A DNA stretch of 64,000 bases from Eukaryota sp. TZLM1-RC (lineage: Eukaryota > Protista > Metamonada: BaSk clade). The stretch spans positions 1,240,001 to 1,304,000 of the forward strand of contig JAUPSS010000006.1 in assembly GCA_040285825.1 (NCBI GenBank), given 5' to 3'. Position numbers and translations under genes: made by a program. The notes under the pieces were generated by a model. It worked only from the letters and a program-made list of their open reading frames with translations. It did not search any database and was not told where the DNA came from. Position 1 is the first letter of the stretch, and the number at the start of each line of letters is the position of its first letter. Shown here one piece after another: positions 24,585 to 37,760 of this stretch.

Positions 24585-27500
24585 TTTTTTTTTAAAAACT
24601 GGAATATTTATTGAGATAAAAATAACCATCTAGAATTCAATATCCTCCAAACAAGCGTCACTATTACTGAACCTACTCACAGCATTACGTTCATATTCTA
24701 CACCAATAGCTAAAAGTGCCTTTGAAATCATTGTTGGAATGGACTTGAAAATGCAAAAAAACAATTCTATTTAACCAGAAAGTGGAGTTCATTGTTTTAC
24801 CAGACCTATTCAGTAACACTTTTTTAAAATTTTCCAAAAAGTGCAAGCCTGAAGGACCAATATTGCCAAAAAGAGAAATAGCAAACGGCACAAACTGATA
24901 TTTCACATGTTCCACTCTACCTAACTGTGCCAAAGGTTCTTCATATTTTTTTATCTTCTTTTTTTCGGCGTTAGATAACGGCGAGTCAGCGGAATACACT
25001 AAACGAGCAGCAGAATTTTTGCAAACATCCACGGAGACAACGTCTACAACATTGAGAACACCATCGATCCCTGGAGCTACTAAATCTGCCCTTCTTTTAC
25101 CAAAGGAATCATCAGTTTGATCTGAAGACAGCTTACGTACTAGTGGCTCAATAAATGCCTCTATATTGAAACTTTTGCACATGGCATATAATTGATCACG
25201 AACTGAGTCATGAACAAGTGAGCGATAAGTTATGAAATACTTACAGTTTAAAATATGGGAAAGCGTAACACCACTCTTGCAGCGACAAATTAAATCATTT
25301 GGCAATGAACAAGGCCATAGAAAACATCTCAATCTCATTGCAGTGGTCCATTGGTGATCATTAAGTAGAAGGCCGTAAATGATGGGAATTTGGGAGATTA
25401 AGCAACTTGAGCAACTGTCTTCAAGATCAATCAAAAAGTTTGCAAAAACGGGATTTTTTGCCTTAGCCAAGCTAAGACGTACAATATAATCCAAGTTTTC
25501 TAAAACTTTCAAAATTTTTTTCTGCAATTTTGCAAAAGTCAATGGTAAGGAGAGCAAGCTTCTTGAAGGAAGTTCCACAATATCAGAGGGGAAACATTTA
25601 GCCCAAATATTGGGTGAAAGAGTTTCAATTTCCTGTTGCAAAGAAATAAGATAGGAGCTGCCACAATTTTCAATGAGATGAATTTTTTCAGGAAAACGAT
25701 TCACAAATTCATAAATAAAATTCTTTCCACCTCCAATAAAGGCAGCTTTACAAAGGTAGCTTGACTTATGAAAATCAACACCACCAAAATTTGTACCACA
25801 AAAATGTGGCTTCGTAACTGAGATGCATCAATTTCCAATAATTTTGCTAAAAAATTAGTTCTTTGTTCATTAAAAATGCGGCAGAACTCCAAGGAAATTG
25901 ATGGTGATGTTGATCTCAAAATATGAGTAAATTTTCCAGAATAACAGATTTTGAGGAAAAGAATTTCAAATGTTTCTCAATATTTAAATTTTCTATTGAT
26001 TCTAATTCATTTCCAAATTGAGTCAACAGGGTCGAAAGTTGGCTTTTCACTTCATCAATATTTCCGAGATAACAACCCAAAAAACGAAAACCAGACTGAT
26101 CATAATTGATAAAGGGGACATTGACATCATTAATGAAAAAAATCAATTGGTTCATGACCAATAATCAAACATTTGGAGATATTCAATGAGAGACCAATAT
26201 CTTCATAACGCTGTTGAATAAAAGTTGCTATTTGTTTCAGAATTGTAATAGGAGCAATTACAGAAATGTCATCCATATATGCTACAATATCTATTTCTGG
26301 GAATTTTTCTTTCAATTCGCACATTAATGGATGAATTGCCAGACAAAAGAAAAAAGGACCAAGTGGATCACCTTGTTTAACACCTGAAGACGAAAGCAGG
26401 TCAAAATTTTCATAGACCAATGTGGATGATTTTCCATAAAATGAATAGAAAAAAGGCTCAACTTCAGGAAAATGTTTTTGCAGCAAAGGTAAAATGGAAG
26501 AACGAGATACAGAATTGAAAGCATTCTTAAAATCCAAATTGAAGATGTAATTAGAATCACTAGAATTAAAAAACACATCCGACGAAAGAGCAGCAGAAGA
26601 AGCACCATCAATTGTCTTGATTCCAAATTGAAACGGACTGAAAAATTCCTTGGCTTTTTTTCCAATTCTATTGAAAACAAGAGACGCAAGAATTCTTGAA
26701 AAAGATTCTCCAATTGCAATTGGACGGATTTTGGATTGACTTTTTTTAAGGGCAATTAAGCGAGCACTGGTCATCTCAAAAGGGACTTTAATTTTTAACG
26801 TAAGAAGATTGTTGAAAAAAAGAACAAGATCGTCAGCAATTTCAGGACACTGTCCAACAGCTGATTTGATCATGTCAAAATTCAACAAAGATGGCCCAGG
26901 AGCTTTTCCAGTAGGCATTTGCTGAATCAGTTTCAATACCTCAGAAGCATTGACAGGATTTTTGCAGCCAATAATCAACTGAATCTGGTTTAGTACAATG
27001 AAAATTTTCTTCTGGATGAAGATGATTCAATTGGAACAATGTGCTTTCATTACATTCAGCTAAATCAGAAGAAAATAAACATTGTTTTGCAGATCCAAAG
27101 CGTCCTTTTAAAGCTAATTTTCTCACTAATTTTTCTTTCGAAAAAACATTTTTTTTAAAATTTGATTTTTTCGATAAAAGTTTTTTATCTTTTTTCAGAA
27201 AAAATTTCCAAATAGGCGTAACATCCCATAATCCTTTACGGAGATTTTCAGTAAAGGCACGAAGAACAACAGCAAAAGGTATCGAAGCCAACGGACTAAG
27301 CTGAGCAGGAACACGAATGGGACAACGTAGCTGATCAGCAGCAACACAAGAATCACAAAAAAGTAAAGGTCGACCGGAATCATTGACAGCAACAAGCTTT
27401 CGACAAAAAACACATTTTTTTTCATCCTTTTGATCTTCTTTGATAGGAGTGTTATCGGGAATCTCACTTAAAAATTCATTTTTAGGATTGTGTGATAACG

Positions 27501-27855
27501 AAAAATTTAAATCAGCAATTGCAGCACGAGCATTCAGTTTTTCCTTTTGAATAAGCGGACAAGTTGCAATGTTATGTCCGGATTTTCGACATTTACTACA
27601 TTTGCGGCGGGGTTTAGAAAAATTTTCATTTAAATTTTTTTCCAATGATTTTCTAGCATGGAGTGACAGGTGGGGAGAATGAGAACGATTGGTGGTTGAG
27701 GAGGTTGGTTTGTCAAGATCACGTTCGGTACTTTTTGCAGTCCAGTCAGTATCATGGAGAGTGTCTGACATTAAGACTGGAGCAATTCAATCGAACCGAC
27801 AATAGGACGTCAAGTTAAGAAAAAGGAGGAAGTTGAAAGTGAGTGAGAAAAAAAA
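24585..27855 (-). mobile_element. Full-length CRE-like non-LTR retrotransposon, family B (about 3.27 kb), 10-bp TSD
   Basis: ATG at 27771; CCHC knuckle CSKCRKSGHNIATC; CxxC..CxxC; RT (APGPS, IRPIAIGE, QGDPLGP, AYMDD); RLE; stop at about 24630; AATAAA and A-tail. TSD agtaatatag at 24575-24584 and 27856-27865. Confidence 0.96.
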
Positions 27856-29596
27856 AGTAATATAGTAGTAGTTGTAAGTTTTATGGTAAATCTTTAGAAG
27901 ATATTTTAGTGAGATCATCTCCTAGCAATTGAAATTTCACCAACAGTAATTTGAAAATGATCATGTTAGTATTGAAGTATGGTTCACAACCTGAATACTA
28001 CTACATTTTGGATTTTACTCTTATCCGTTTTCATATTACAATTGTCCATCTATTAAGTACAAATGTCAGATCTTTTGAGGTTGGCATTGTTTTTTTTGCG
28101 AATTGGCATCCACGAACTGTTAGAAATTGACATATTGATTAAGTATTTCTTGGTCGAATAGTAATTTTTTTAGATCAAATTTGTCAATAGAAACTCTAAC
28201 AATTAATTGCAAAAAATAGTTGGTGAAGAAATTAATTGTTTTATTTCAAATGATAATGTAAATAGCAGAAACATCAGGGGAATTACCTTGTGAAACATAC
28301 GTTTTCAAATATTTGATTGTTGTTTTGATGTAGACGGAAAACTATAGATTGAAAGCTAGGTTCTGTACATTTTGTGGATTGATGAGTAAAAAGACCAAAA
28401 AATTTCGTCAATGACCAGATAAAGGAAAGATTGCCATAAATTAGTTTTCTAAATTTAATTTTCCCTGCCGAAGAAACTGGAAAAAATCCTCAAAAATGAA
28501 GAAAACTATCAATGATGAACAAGGTGTCTCCTTTGTAGCAATTCTACCATTCCTTTGCATTCCAACTTTTCTGTTGTCATTCAATCCAGACTACGCAACT
28601 ATTCAGACTTACCTTCCCCTTTCCTAATTTATCAACACCTTTTTCATGTACAGTGTTTCACAAAATCTCACAACAGTCATGCAGGGAGAAATTTGCTGAA
28701 ACGCTTACGACTGTCCGTCATACTGAAAAGCTTCAAATAGATAATCATCATTATTGGCATGTTGACTACTCCATAGGTCTATCTGTTCTTGTCCATGGAA
28801 CAGAATTAGTACTAGTGTTTTCCTTTTCTTCTCACAAACATTATGTTCTTTTTCCTCCGAACCTGCAAAACTTTGGAGGGGTACGATGAGTGACCCACCA
28901 AAATTCAATCTCGATACACGCTTCAAACAGGTTTCCCAAATTCTCCATGGACAAACACTTGGTGGGATGATTTTTGATATATCAACCAACTAGTAGAACC
29001 ACTTGTTTGTAGCTTTGTACAGAATATCCCAGCCAAAAGATAAATTTATTGAAGTTGGTTTTAACTAATGCAATCAACTTCATTGACCGATGACCAAACA
29101 GATGCTCTTTCCAATGTCGAAGTTGAACTGATAAATTGCCATTTGGGTAATGCACGAAATTCCTGTTGCAATTTCGTCACGTGGATTTTATGACGTGTCC
29201 TACCTTATTGCTTCCGTCATCAATAGTAATTCGGTTTTCTTTCTTCATTTTTACATTTGATGACAAGCAACCCATGTTCCAAAGTTACTTGAAATTATCC
29301 GTTTTATGGAAATTGCGAATGAACAGTTAATAGGGTACCACAATGAATTTCCAATAGGCAAATGTAGACTGTCTCACGCCACAAGTGGTATTCATGAGCA
29401 TATTGATCTTCATTGTAGTCATATCTGTCAATTGCAATTTTATCTTTGTGTTCTGAAGGTTATGCTAAACGAAGTTATAGTAAATTATATTGTATGAGTA
29501 AATGTAGTTATTATATAATATGATAGTATAACTATTGTAAAATTAAACTTGTAAACAAATAGAAAAAGACATATAGGATCACTCATAATTAGCATC

Positions 29597-31243
29597 TTTT
29601 TTTTACAAAATTTTAATTTTACTCAAAACCTATAAATCAACATCTAAAAAATCCATCTCTCCCAGAACAAAAACACTAGATGCAACTCTCTCATAGTGAG
29701 ATCCAAGAGAAAGCAAAGCATCAGAAACCATCTTCAACATCCCCTTAAAAATAGAAAACACAATTCTATTTTGCCAAAACAATCTGTTGAAATTTCTCCC
29801 AGTTCTTCTCTTTACAATCATTTCAAAATCATCCAAAAAACGTAAAGCAGTTGGTGCAAGTGAACCAAAAAAGGAAAATACAAATGGATACAAATTGTAT
29901 TTTGCATGCTGTAGACTGGCCAATTTGTACAAAGGTTCATTGTATTTTTTGAATTTAAAATTTTCAGCATTTGAAAGGGGATTATGAATTTCAGAATTAA
30001 CTAACGTTACATTTGAGGCATTACAAGGATCAACAGACATTACATCCAATAAAATGAAACTTCCATCTAATCCAGGTAATATAACATCACCTCTATTATT
30101 CTTATGAAAATCATCTTCAGCATCAAACAGATTTGACAACAGAGGTTCCAAGAAGGATTCAATTCTATGAGATTTACACATACAATATAACTGGTTCCTT
30201 ACAGCATCATGAACCTTGCTTCTAAAAATAATAAAATGTTTACAATTTAACAAATGAGTAGTTGTAATTTCTCGAGAACATTTACAAATTAAATTATGAG
30301 GTAAATTATCAGGCCAGATAAAGGAACGAAATCTCATATTCAGAGTCTAAGCAGAATCAGTTGAGAGAGTACCATAAACTTGGGGAATTGTTGTTACTAA
30401 GGCAGAAGAAGTACTGTCACACATATCTTGTAAAAGATTTGCAAAAGCGGGATTCTTTTTCTTGTCCAAGCCAAGTCTAACATCAAAATCCAAGCTTTCA
30501 AAAATCTTTGACAATTTTTGTTGAAGCTTTTTACAGCAAAACTGTAAATTAAAAAGAGATCGGTTTGGAATTTCTTGAATTGATTGAGGAAAACATTTGG
30601 TCCAAATTTGTGGCGGCAATTTTTCAAGTTCACAAGATAACTCATACAAATAGGGACTGCAATTGGGGACTAACAGATGAGAATCATCAGGAAATCTACG
30701 AGAAAATTCATAAATAAAATTTTTGCCACCACCCAAGAATGCTGATTGACACAAAATTGAAGATTTAGTAAATCCAATACCACCCCAATTTGCTGAAGAA
30801 AATAAGTGACTTTTCAACATTCCTGGTTCTACATCCAATAAATCAGCAGAAAATTCTGTTCTCAATGAATTAAAAGAACGACAAAAATCTAATGCTATGG
30901 AAGGAGCACAAGATCTCAAAATGTGGGTTATTCTCCCAGTGTAGCAAATTTTAAGCATGAAAAATTTAATATGTTTTTCTATATCTAAAGAAGAAATTGA
31001 ATCAAGTTCAATTTTCATTTTTTCCAAAATAACTTGTAATTCATTCTGAATTTGAGGCACGTTTCCTAACCAACAACCAAGGAACTTAAAAGCATCACTA
31101 CTATAATTAGTAAAAGGGACAATAGAATCGTTTATCACGAGATCTTGAGCAGAAGATCCAATCAGAAGGCATTTGCTGGCATTAAGATGAAGCCCAATAT
31201 TTTCATATGAATCGGCAATTTCTTGAGCAACCAATTCTAGTAA
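29597..31243 (-). mobile_element. CRE-like family A, 5'-truncated, one TGG>TAG stop
   Basis: Near-identical to 1005-2650; A-tail at 29597; no TSD found. Confidence 0.93.
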
Positions 31244-31671
31244 TTCCTCAAGTGAGATATTTTGTTCAATAAGTACTGTGCAAATACTGTAATAAATATG
31301 AATATAATATACTATAATAATAATAAATATATTGTGCAACCTTGCCAATCCAAATGTCTTTAATATAAAGTCTTGGATCATTTGTTTTAAGCAAATTTAT
31401 TGAACTTAATCAATGAACCTGTGTCGTCTAGTATGGGAAATATGTGGTTTTGAATGCTCAATACAAAAGGACTGATCAGAAAATCGAATGTACGACCACT
31501 TTCTTTGAGAAGATTTCCTGAATCATTTAAAAAATTGAGATCTAAAAAAATGGCCGTGTTCTTCCTGATGCCCAAGAAGCAAAAATCTTGTTCAGTTCTT
31601 CAACTGCTTATTCTTCCTCCTGTAAGGTTTTAACTGCACTATTTTCGGTCTTTCGTTTCCTTTTTCAATGG

Positions 31672-33610
31672 TCACATCATCCTGAAGCAGATGAATCGAA
31701 TTTCATTGAGTACTGTTATCTCTTTGACCATTTTTTGGAAATCATTCAAAAAAGTTTCTGCTTCATCTGATAATCTTCCATTTATCGAAAATAGGAAAGC
31801 AATAAAAACCAGCTGTGTATTTCTATCAACATTAGCCTCCTCAGTATCTGTATCATATTTTCTATGTCTTTCTTTTGCTTTAAAATCAAGAACACTTACA
31901 GGACCATGTTTTCCTCTGTGAACAACAGTATCATTTGCATCATTACATGAGACAAAGTCAAAAGTAGCTTCAGAATTATCAATCCAATCACAGTATACAG
32001 CAACTTTATCTCCGGAACCAAAGTAATTCTGAGAACGTGTTTGCTTTAGCAGAGGCTCTTTGTTACACGATATGCTTACAGTTTGTGCTATATTGAAAAG
32101 AGTGTCTCTAACAGGATCATGTAATGAAGAACGATAAGTTATCAATTTAGAACAATTCAGAGCATGGCGCAAAGTGAGTTGAGGTGAATTCGAACAAATA
32201 CATTTTTCTTTTGATAATAGTTGATGAATGGGGATATTCAAATATAATCTCATTTTTATTACAAATGCATCATTAGTGACACACAATATAATTTATTGAA
32301 TTTGCACACTTGATTAAATTAAATCATAACTAATGGGACGACTATCATTAAACCAAGATTTCCTCTACAAAATCTTGATTTGCTTGCTGTCTAGCTAAAG
32401 CTTCTCTAATTCGATTGAAAAACCGCGGTAATCTATTAATAATGGCAAATTGAATCCGTGAACGCCATAAAAAAATATCAAATCTTTTCATTGTTTTTTC
32501 TTTCACCATTTTTTGGAAGTCATCCAAAAAAGTTTCTGCTTCAACTGATAATCTTCCATTTATCGAAAATGGGAAAGCAATAAAAACCAGCTGTGTATTT
32601 CTATTGACATTTGCATCTTCAATTTCTTTATCATATTTTCTGTGTTTTTCTTTTGCTTTAAAATCCAGAGCAGCCACAGGATTAAGTTTTCTTCTGTGAA
32701 CCAAAGTATCGTTTGCAACATTACATGAGACAAAGTCAACAATAGCTTCAGAATTATTAATCCAATCACAGTATACATCACCTCTATCATCAGAACCAAA
32801 ATTATTCAGAGAAAGTGTTTCCTTCAGCAGGGGCTCTTTGATACATACAATCCAAATCTTCGTGGTACAATTTTTACAAAAAGTGAAGAATCTGATGACT
32901 GGCATTCACAAACACCCTTTTCCAATAACAATGAGTGAAGATTTTGATTTAAAACAGCCGAGCTGCATATATATATTATAAAGATCAGTTTCATACATTC
33001 CAGTCAATCGTTTCTGTAATGTTCGAAGAGTGTATTTTAAATTTAATAGATTCTTTTCTGGAATATTGCAATACAATGATGGAAAGCATCGACTCCATTT
33101 TTCTACATCAATTCTTGAAATTTCTTCATTTAATGCAAAAACAGTGGAACTTTGCGTTATAAAAAATTTTCCCGATCTGCAAATATTTCGGAAAACTCAA
33201 AGATTGCGTTTTTGCATCCCCCAATAAAAACACACGAAGTCAGAATAGAAGCCCTCATCCAACTTAAACCGCCATAATGTGGACTAAGGTAAGCATGGTC
33301 TGGAATTTAGAACATTTTACATCCCAGAAATTGTGACAAAACATTTGCACCTAACTCATCAAACTTCTGAGCCAAAGGCCTAGTGGAAAGAGGATTTTTA
33401 GATCGAAATATATGATTGAAGTTGGAATTAAAACACAGTCTTATAATGGTAAATTTGATATGTCTCTGTACATCTATAGTCACCATTCGGTCAATTGTAT
33501 CGGAAATTGAGTTCAACTTTTTAAACATTTTTTTGGTAATGTCATCATTATTTCCTAAAAACGGACCCAAATGACGAATAGCATCAATTGAATATAATTC
33601 GGCTTGAGGT
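31672..33610 (-). mobile_element. Older degenerate family D copy, interrupted by a younger family D copy
   Basis: 31672-32287 and 32843-33610 are collinear with 60260-61585. Confidence 0.88.
32288..32842 (-). mobile_element. Young 5'-truncated family D copy nested in the older D copy
   Basis: Near-identical to 21515-22070; flanked by acacacaat (32279-32287) and acatacaat (32843-32851). Confidence 0.88.
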
Positions 33611-34130
33611 ATAATTATAATACAGTTTGAACAACATCATGATTTTGAAGCAAATTTGTAGTCCAAATGTTGATATTCCTTTGTGCTATTTTACAAAAAT
33701 CATAAGGTATTTCAATCTGTTCATGTTACTGCAGTGTTTTCAAAGTTGTTTTTGCAAATGGTTAATTTATCAACTTCCATTCAGGTATTAAAAACCCTTA
33801 AATAGAATTAGTTTTTTGTCAATTTAAACTTAAGTTTAAATTTAAGTGTTGTAGTTTAATAATGTAATTCAATTATGTCTGGAGGTTGAAACAATTTTTT
33901 CCTTATTGCTACATATAATTGTTGGGAAACTCTTTTGCGGAAATAATAAGCTGAGATGAGATGATGATGCAAGGGATTTGTATTTGATGTAGGAACGATC
34001 ATAGAAAATATTAAAACAATGAACAAATTGTTTATTTGTATCAGCTTGCCTTCTTTAATTTTTTTGCCTTATTTTTTTATGCTTATATCCTTCGTTGATT
34101 TGTGACCGTCTACAATATCAAGTTTTATCT

Positions 34131-34991
34131 TCAGGAAAAAGCGTCCTTTACATCATTACAGGAGACAAAGTCATCATCATTTTCAGAATTGTTAGCTAAG
34201 GCTAACCTAACCCTCCTAATTTCGACAAGAGGATCAATCATCTGAACGGACACGAACGTGTTCAAATTAGGATCAGTGCTGGATTGACATTTAATGGAAC
34301 TAAAGGTGCAATCGACCATTGTGGAAAGTACATGTTGAGGAAGTGAACAGGTGGAGCAGCAAAGCAGCAACAATGCAACAAGAACGACATTGTGGGATGT
34401 ATCAATGGCAGACTTAGATGCTGAATAAATAAGAGCATTTTCAACTGTTCTGGAAACATGTGCCAAAAAACCTGTATGATTAGGGCAATAGTGTCCTATC
34501 CAAATGGGGCGAACAGACAGCGCAGTTTCATAAGTTAGCATATCATAAACATATTCACCAAGAGAAACAAAGAGTTCATTAGGCAAAATCTGTTGAGGGT
34601 ACAACTGAGGAGGTGTGACAAATATTGGAAGAAGTGTATTTTCTTGAGTTTCTAAGAGTGAATATAGTTTCAGCACAACTGGACGATATTCAGACTCTCT
34701 TGCTTTGGAATGTTGTAAATTTGACAAATTAGTGTGAGTTCCGGAATCAACAACCAATAGGTTTGCCCATGTTTTTAATCCGTCCTCCACACATAAATTT
34801 CTGGGAGCATGGCGTAGGAAGCCGTATAAATTCCAAGAATCATCATCGGAAAAGTAAAAATTGAAGTAAGAGTATTCTATCAAAGTCAATAGAAAAACCA
34901 CTCTTTCTACTGCCTTTGATAGAATACTCTTACATTTATTGTTTTGACTTTTGAAGGCATGCAGGGAGGATTCAAAAAGACTTAAATCCAT
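34131..34991 (-). CDS. Orphan-family protein or fragment (286 aa)
   Basis: Open ATG-initiated ORF; 34480-34820 closely matches 44075-44412. No known domain recognised. Confidence 0.55.
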   Translation of the reverse strand: MDLSLFESSLHAFKSQNNKCKSILSKAVERVVFLLTLIEYSYFNFYFSDDDSWNLYGFLRHAPRNLCVEDGLKTWANLLVVDSGTHTNLSNLQHSKARESEYRPVVLKLYSLLETQENTLLPIFVTPPQLYPQQILPNELFVSLGEYVYDMLTYETALSVRPIWIGHYCPNHTGFLAHVSRTVENALIYSASKSAIDTSHNVVLVALLLLCCSTCSLPQHVLSTMVDCTFSSIKCQSSTDPNLNTFVSVQMIDPLVEIRRVRLALANNSENDDDFVSCNDVKDAFS

Positions 34992-35755
34992 TGAATCCAG
35001 TTGTGAATGTTATAAAAGGAAAACTCAAAATTGTTGTATGACATTGTTAGTAGTAATTTTCAAATATACACAAACTATTACCAGCCAGCCAATAAGCTAT
35101 AGATTACAATATCAACACACTGCCATCCAATGATTGATCAGCCTTTGCTGATATTCAAGTTTTCTATTTCTTCACTGCAAAGTGTGTTCCACTATCAATT
35201 AAGAATAAAACGTCAAAATCCTTATTGGAAATCATTGAACAATAAGAAGAGCTCAAGAATAAATGATGCTAGTTCCAATTTCACTGTCTTTCAGAGAACC
35301 GTGAGTATTCATTGCTGCTCCCACATCCATATTGACAATCTATTTCTGAAACAACAGTGTATCGGCATCAACATGCTGTGAACAATTGCTAATCAACTTA
35401 GTTGTGCTTCACACAAAAATATCCACTAAGAAAACATTGGCTTGATTATCATGAAATGAAACAATATCCTCTTTGAAATGTTTCATTCAGATGAAAACTT
35501 GTGGAATTTGTTGAGTCATGGTAACTAAAAAATTGATGTTACAATTGATCAAAGATTGGTAAAACCAAGATTCTGTTCTTCAAACAAGCCAAGTCAAACT
35601 TTAAAATCCAGACTCTCGAAATATTTCTGTTGGTGGCGTTGCAGTGTCTTGAGTGTAATTTTCTGCGGTTTAGCATCATCCAAAGGAACATCTGTCATTT
35701 CTCAAAGAAAACCAGATTGAGAAAATGACCACCAATCTTGATGATTGCTCAAACA

Positions 35756-36360
35756 TTCATGATTCAGTTCGTGATCAATTATATGCCATATGCAAAAGTT
35801 TCAATATAGAGCCATTTAATGAACCATTAGTACATGAGCTATCTCCAGATCAAACTGATGATTCCTTTGGTGAAAGAAGGACAGATTCAGTAGCTCCAGG
35901 GATCGATGGTGTTCTCAATGTTGTGAATGTTGTCTCAGCAGATGTCTCATGAAATTCTGCTGCTCGTTTAGTGTATTTCGCTGATTCCCCGCTATCTAGT
36001 GTCGAAAAAAAAGAAAGTAAAAAATATGAAGAACCATTTGCACAGTTAGGAAGAGTCAAAAATGTGAAATATCAGTTTGAACCGTTTGTAATGTCCCTTT
36101 TTGGCAATATTGGACCTTTAGGGTTGCACTTTTTTGAAAATTTCAAAACAGTTTTACTGAATAAGTCTGGTAAAACAATGAATTCTACTTTCTGGTTAAA
36201 TACAATTGTTTTGGATTTTTCAAATCTATTCCAACAATGATTTCTAAGGCTCTTTTAGCTATTGGTGTGGAATATGAACGAAATACTGTGAGTAGGTTTT
36301 ATAATAGTGACGCTTGTTTGGAGGATATTGAATTCTAGATGGAATTTTATTTCAATAAAA
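35756..36360 (+). mobile_element. Degenerate 3' fragment of CRE-like family B
   Basis: HDSVRDQLYAICKSFNIE..APGIDGVLNVV..ACLEDIEF*, followed by AATAAA. Confidence 0.9.
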
Positions 36361-36699
36361 ATACAGTACAGTACAACAATTACTCAAGCCTCCATATTTA
36401 TTATTATTTGAAACTTTTGATATCATCAAAAGACACAATTGATTTTTGGCTGACTTAAATGACAATCTTATCTGATAATCTAAACTCCACTTTTTTTCTT
36501 ATTTAGGTTAAATGGATTGTACATGTTGATCATCAAAAGTCTTCTTGTTAGATACACTGTATGCAATAAAAATGCTTTCACCAAAGTAACATTGCTGCCG
36601 AAAGGCATATCTGCTACCCATGAGTCAGGATAAGAAGAGTTTGATTTAATGTTATCTTATATGAACAAGGTACTCACTAGTGAGTTACCTACAACAGAA

Positions 36700-37760
36700 T
36701 ACTATGTTTTCAATATTGGAAACAGAGATCCCAGCAGTTGATCATCTCAGATATTCATTAGGTAGTGTTAACTCTTGAAATGAATGAGGGAAGAACAATA
36801 AACAAGATGAGTGGCAATTGAGAATATCATAGATGTAAATAAGCAACATCCCTATATCTTTGACTTGCTTTTGAAGTCCTTTGTAGTGATTACTTTTGTC
36901 AAGTGAAAAAGATTAACTTAAGGCTTTCGGCAATTTCAGTCTCACCAATTTGTTATCTAGAACTTCTCGTTTCTGTGGTGTAGGCACAAATACTATACAC
37001 ATTCTCACACAAGTAGCTCTGATCAGATCACCTGCTTGTTATTACTTGTGTTAGACTTTAATCTCTCTGCTCCTTCTTCACAACATCTTGTTCTTTCCAT
37101 TTTTCCGTACTGGATTAAACTCTTGCCTGCAAAGAAGAGGTTCGTACCATTGGTCTCTGATACCAATGTTTCAAACCTATCATCTTTTACCGCTTTATGA
37201 CGAAACTATGTTCTTCGCTTGCTTCAAGTGATCTACTTAGTTGCTACTCTCATTGCCTTTCATCTTCATCTCCGAACTTAATCTCGATCGATCGATTGGG
37301 TCAAAGCCAAGACGTTTTTTTTGATGTTACGCTTTTCTCTACTTGAAAAGTTTTATTACTGTTTGAGTTGGCAGTATCTGTGGAAGTTGTTTTTTGAATC
37401 ACTACCTGCTTCATTTACAACAGTCTTTTTCTTCCTGTTGGTACTTCTTCTATTCATTTTTTGCCTCATTTCAATAGGGATTTTGTTGATCTGAATTACT
37501 CTTAATTTCCTTTTGTTGATTAAAAGCTGTTCAAAACTATTTCGTTTTTTATATCTTGGTTGTATCATTCCGATCGATCGGGTCAATTTTCCAGTTTTAT
37601 TTGCCTCTGTGGTTTTGCAGTCTGTTGGGTTTTTTTGTTTTACATTGCAATTCTATCGCATCGATCTGTCAACCGATCGGTCGGGTCAAAGTTTTGATTA
37701 TTTTCCTACTCTTTCAAATATTGAGAGTAATTCTCTTTATATTGAGTCTCTGTTCATAAA
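36700..37760 (-). mobile_element. LTR-retrotransposon relic: 5' LTR end, tRNA-iMet primer-binding site and decayed downstream coding sequence (boundaries approximate)
   Basis: Minus strand reads ..gaaaCA-t-TGGTATCAGAG (37155-37165), with AATAAA at about 37352-37357 and a TATA-like site near 37550 upstream, plus CGAT/GATC-rich repeats at 37284-37690. Confidence 0.65.

Noticed and set aside
28705-28989. CPWRI resembling the Tim17 N-terminus, and VLILFHG resembling a caspase-like His motif
   Set aside because: Only 5-7 residues match, with no supporting downstream motifs; the region is stop-ridden.
29575-31260. TSD for the family A copy at 29597-31243
   Set aside because: Only taatt is shared between the flanks; too short to call.
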